This document shows, piece by piece, positions 63,001 to 64,000 of a stretch of 64,000 bases of DNA. Source of the DNA: Pseudogymnoascus verrucosus (Eukaryota); assembly GCA_001662655.1 (NCBI GenBank), contig KV460206.1, one strand, 5' to 3'. The notes under the pieces are model-generated. The model did no database searches. It saw only the letters and a program-made list of their open reading frames with translations, and was not told the origin of the DNA. The position numbers were made by a program, and so were the translations under genes. Every line of letters begins with the position of its first letter. Position 1 is the first letter of the stretch.

Positions 63001-64000
63001 AGTTCCGTAGTGTTATGCCATGAAATAACGGCGTCGCAGGTTGCAAGATGAGCAGGAGAATCGGCCGCCTTGTGTCCAGCAATTAAGGCGGTCCTTGAAG
63101 GGTAGAGTCTCTCATACTTTTCAATGCTCTTGACAACTTCACGGATTTGCTCAATTGCAGTTTTCCCGGTGTCGCTTTCGCCCTTTACCTGAAATTCCGT
63201 AATCTCATCAAGCACCGTACTAAGATTCGCCCTTCCATCCTCGATTATCCTTCGTTGCGCTGCAAAAGTTCGGCCACATATCCTTGCGCGTATGCCAACC
63301 CACATATCCTCCTTCAAATCTACACCTTGTTGCTCGGATACACCAATCAACCGCTTCTTCTCCTGTCTCACAACATCGCCAGTCAATACTGACGCAAGCA
63401 TGCCGTGCCATTCCAATCGTTCTCGATTCCGGGGATTCTGCAGCTCTTCTGGCGTTACTTCGACCTCGTCGTTTCCGTAAAATAGTAACGTCTCCTGGTC
63501 GAACGAATCGGTATCGAAGTGCGCTTCCGACGAGGGGGATATATCGTCGCTTTCTTCGGTATTCGAGTCATATGCTAGACCCGGGGTATAGTCCTCGAAG
63601 TAATCCGGTTGGTCTTGTCGGAGCCTTCTGACATAGGCCTTTTCTTGTGCACGGTAGGATGCCCTTGGGTCTCTGTGAGGTCGCGGAGTCGAATTTGAGC
63701 GGTTGCGACCACCTAATCCCGATGGTTGTGGCGTCTTTCCTGGGCGGCGAGGAGGGTTGTAGGTGCCTGAAGGCGTCCTTGCAGGCCCGGTTGGTCGTTG
63801 AGGTCGAGCCGTCCCTCCCATTACTGGCGACTCTGGCACCCTTCCTCCAGCTGCGCCGGCATCACTCGAGGCCCTCGACCAAGAACCCGGGACGGAGCCA
63901 CTAATCGAGCCATGATTTTCCAAGAGCGGGGGCGACAGGGCCCGGTTTGTGCTGCCGTAGAAGGCGTCGATACCGTCGTCTAGTTCAAGATCCTCATCGT
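60063..64000 (-). CDS. SSK2: HOG-pathway MAP kinase kinase kinase Ssk2/Os-4/SskB; 5' end outside the window
   Basis: RERLEWHGMLASVLTGDVV and WVSFICDDC N-terminal blocks; kinase GGGTFGSVY, MAVKEI, HRDIKPE|NILLD..DFG, GTPMYMSPE; intron 60572-60622. The frame stays open to the window edge. Confidence 0.95.

Overview
Intron-containing filamentous ascomycete DNA (GT-AG introns, CTAAC/CTGAC branch sites). A Leotiomycete such as Pseudogymnoascus is a guess from sequence style only. Genes in order: CAF40/RCD1 (partial, -), KIN1-type kinase (-), G-patch protein (+), WHI2 (+), cpc-1/GCN4 (+), PEX20-like with an in-frame downstream ORF (-), SEC13 (+), F-box protein (-), secreted PQQ-type sorbosone dehydrogenase-like enzyme (-), large disordered hypothetical protein (-), GCN20 (+), beta-tubulin (+), NUG1 (-), HAD phosphatase (+), PUT2 (-), homeobox transcription factor (-) behind an ~8.4 kb gene-free region, and SSK2/os-4 MAPKKK (partial, -). 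Six observations stand out. (1) cpc-1 shows the known uORF1/uORF2/non-AUG extension leader. (2) Neighbouring WHI2 has an analogous leader: a 3-codon uORF, then a 206-codon AUG-free in-frame extension with PPxY motifs. (3) Three different minisatellite arrays share one GGAAGGAACGAC core. (4) A frameshifted pectin lyase relic is missed by the ORF track. (5) Degenerate tandem copies of the KIN1 last codons follow its stop. (6) A possible splice fuses PEX20 to the downstream ORF. All gene names come from recalled family motifs; no database search was run.
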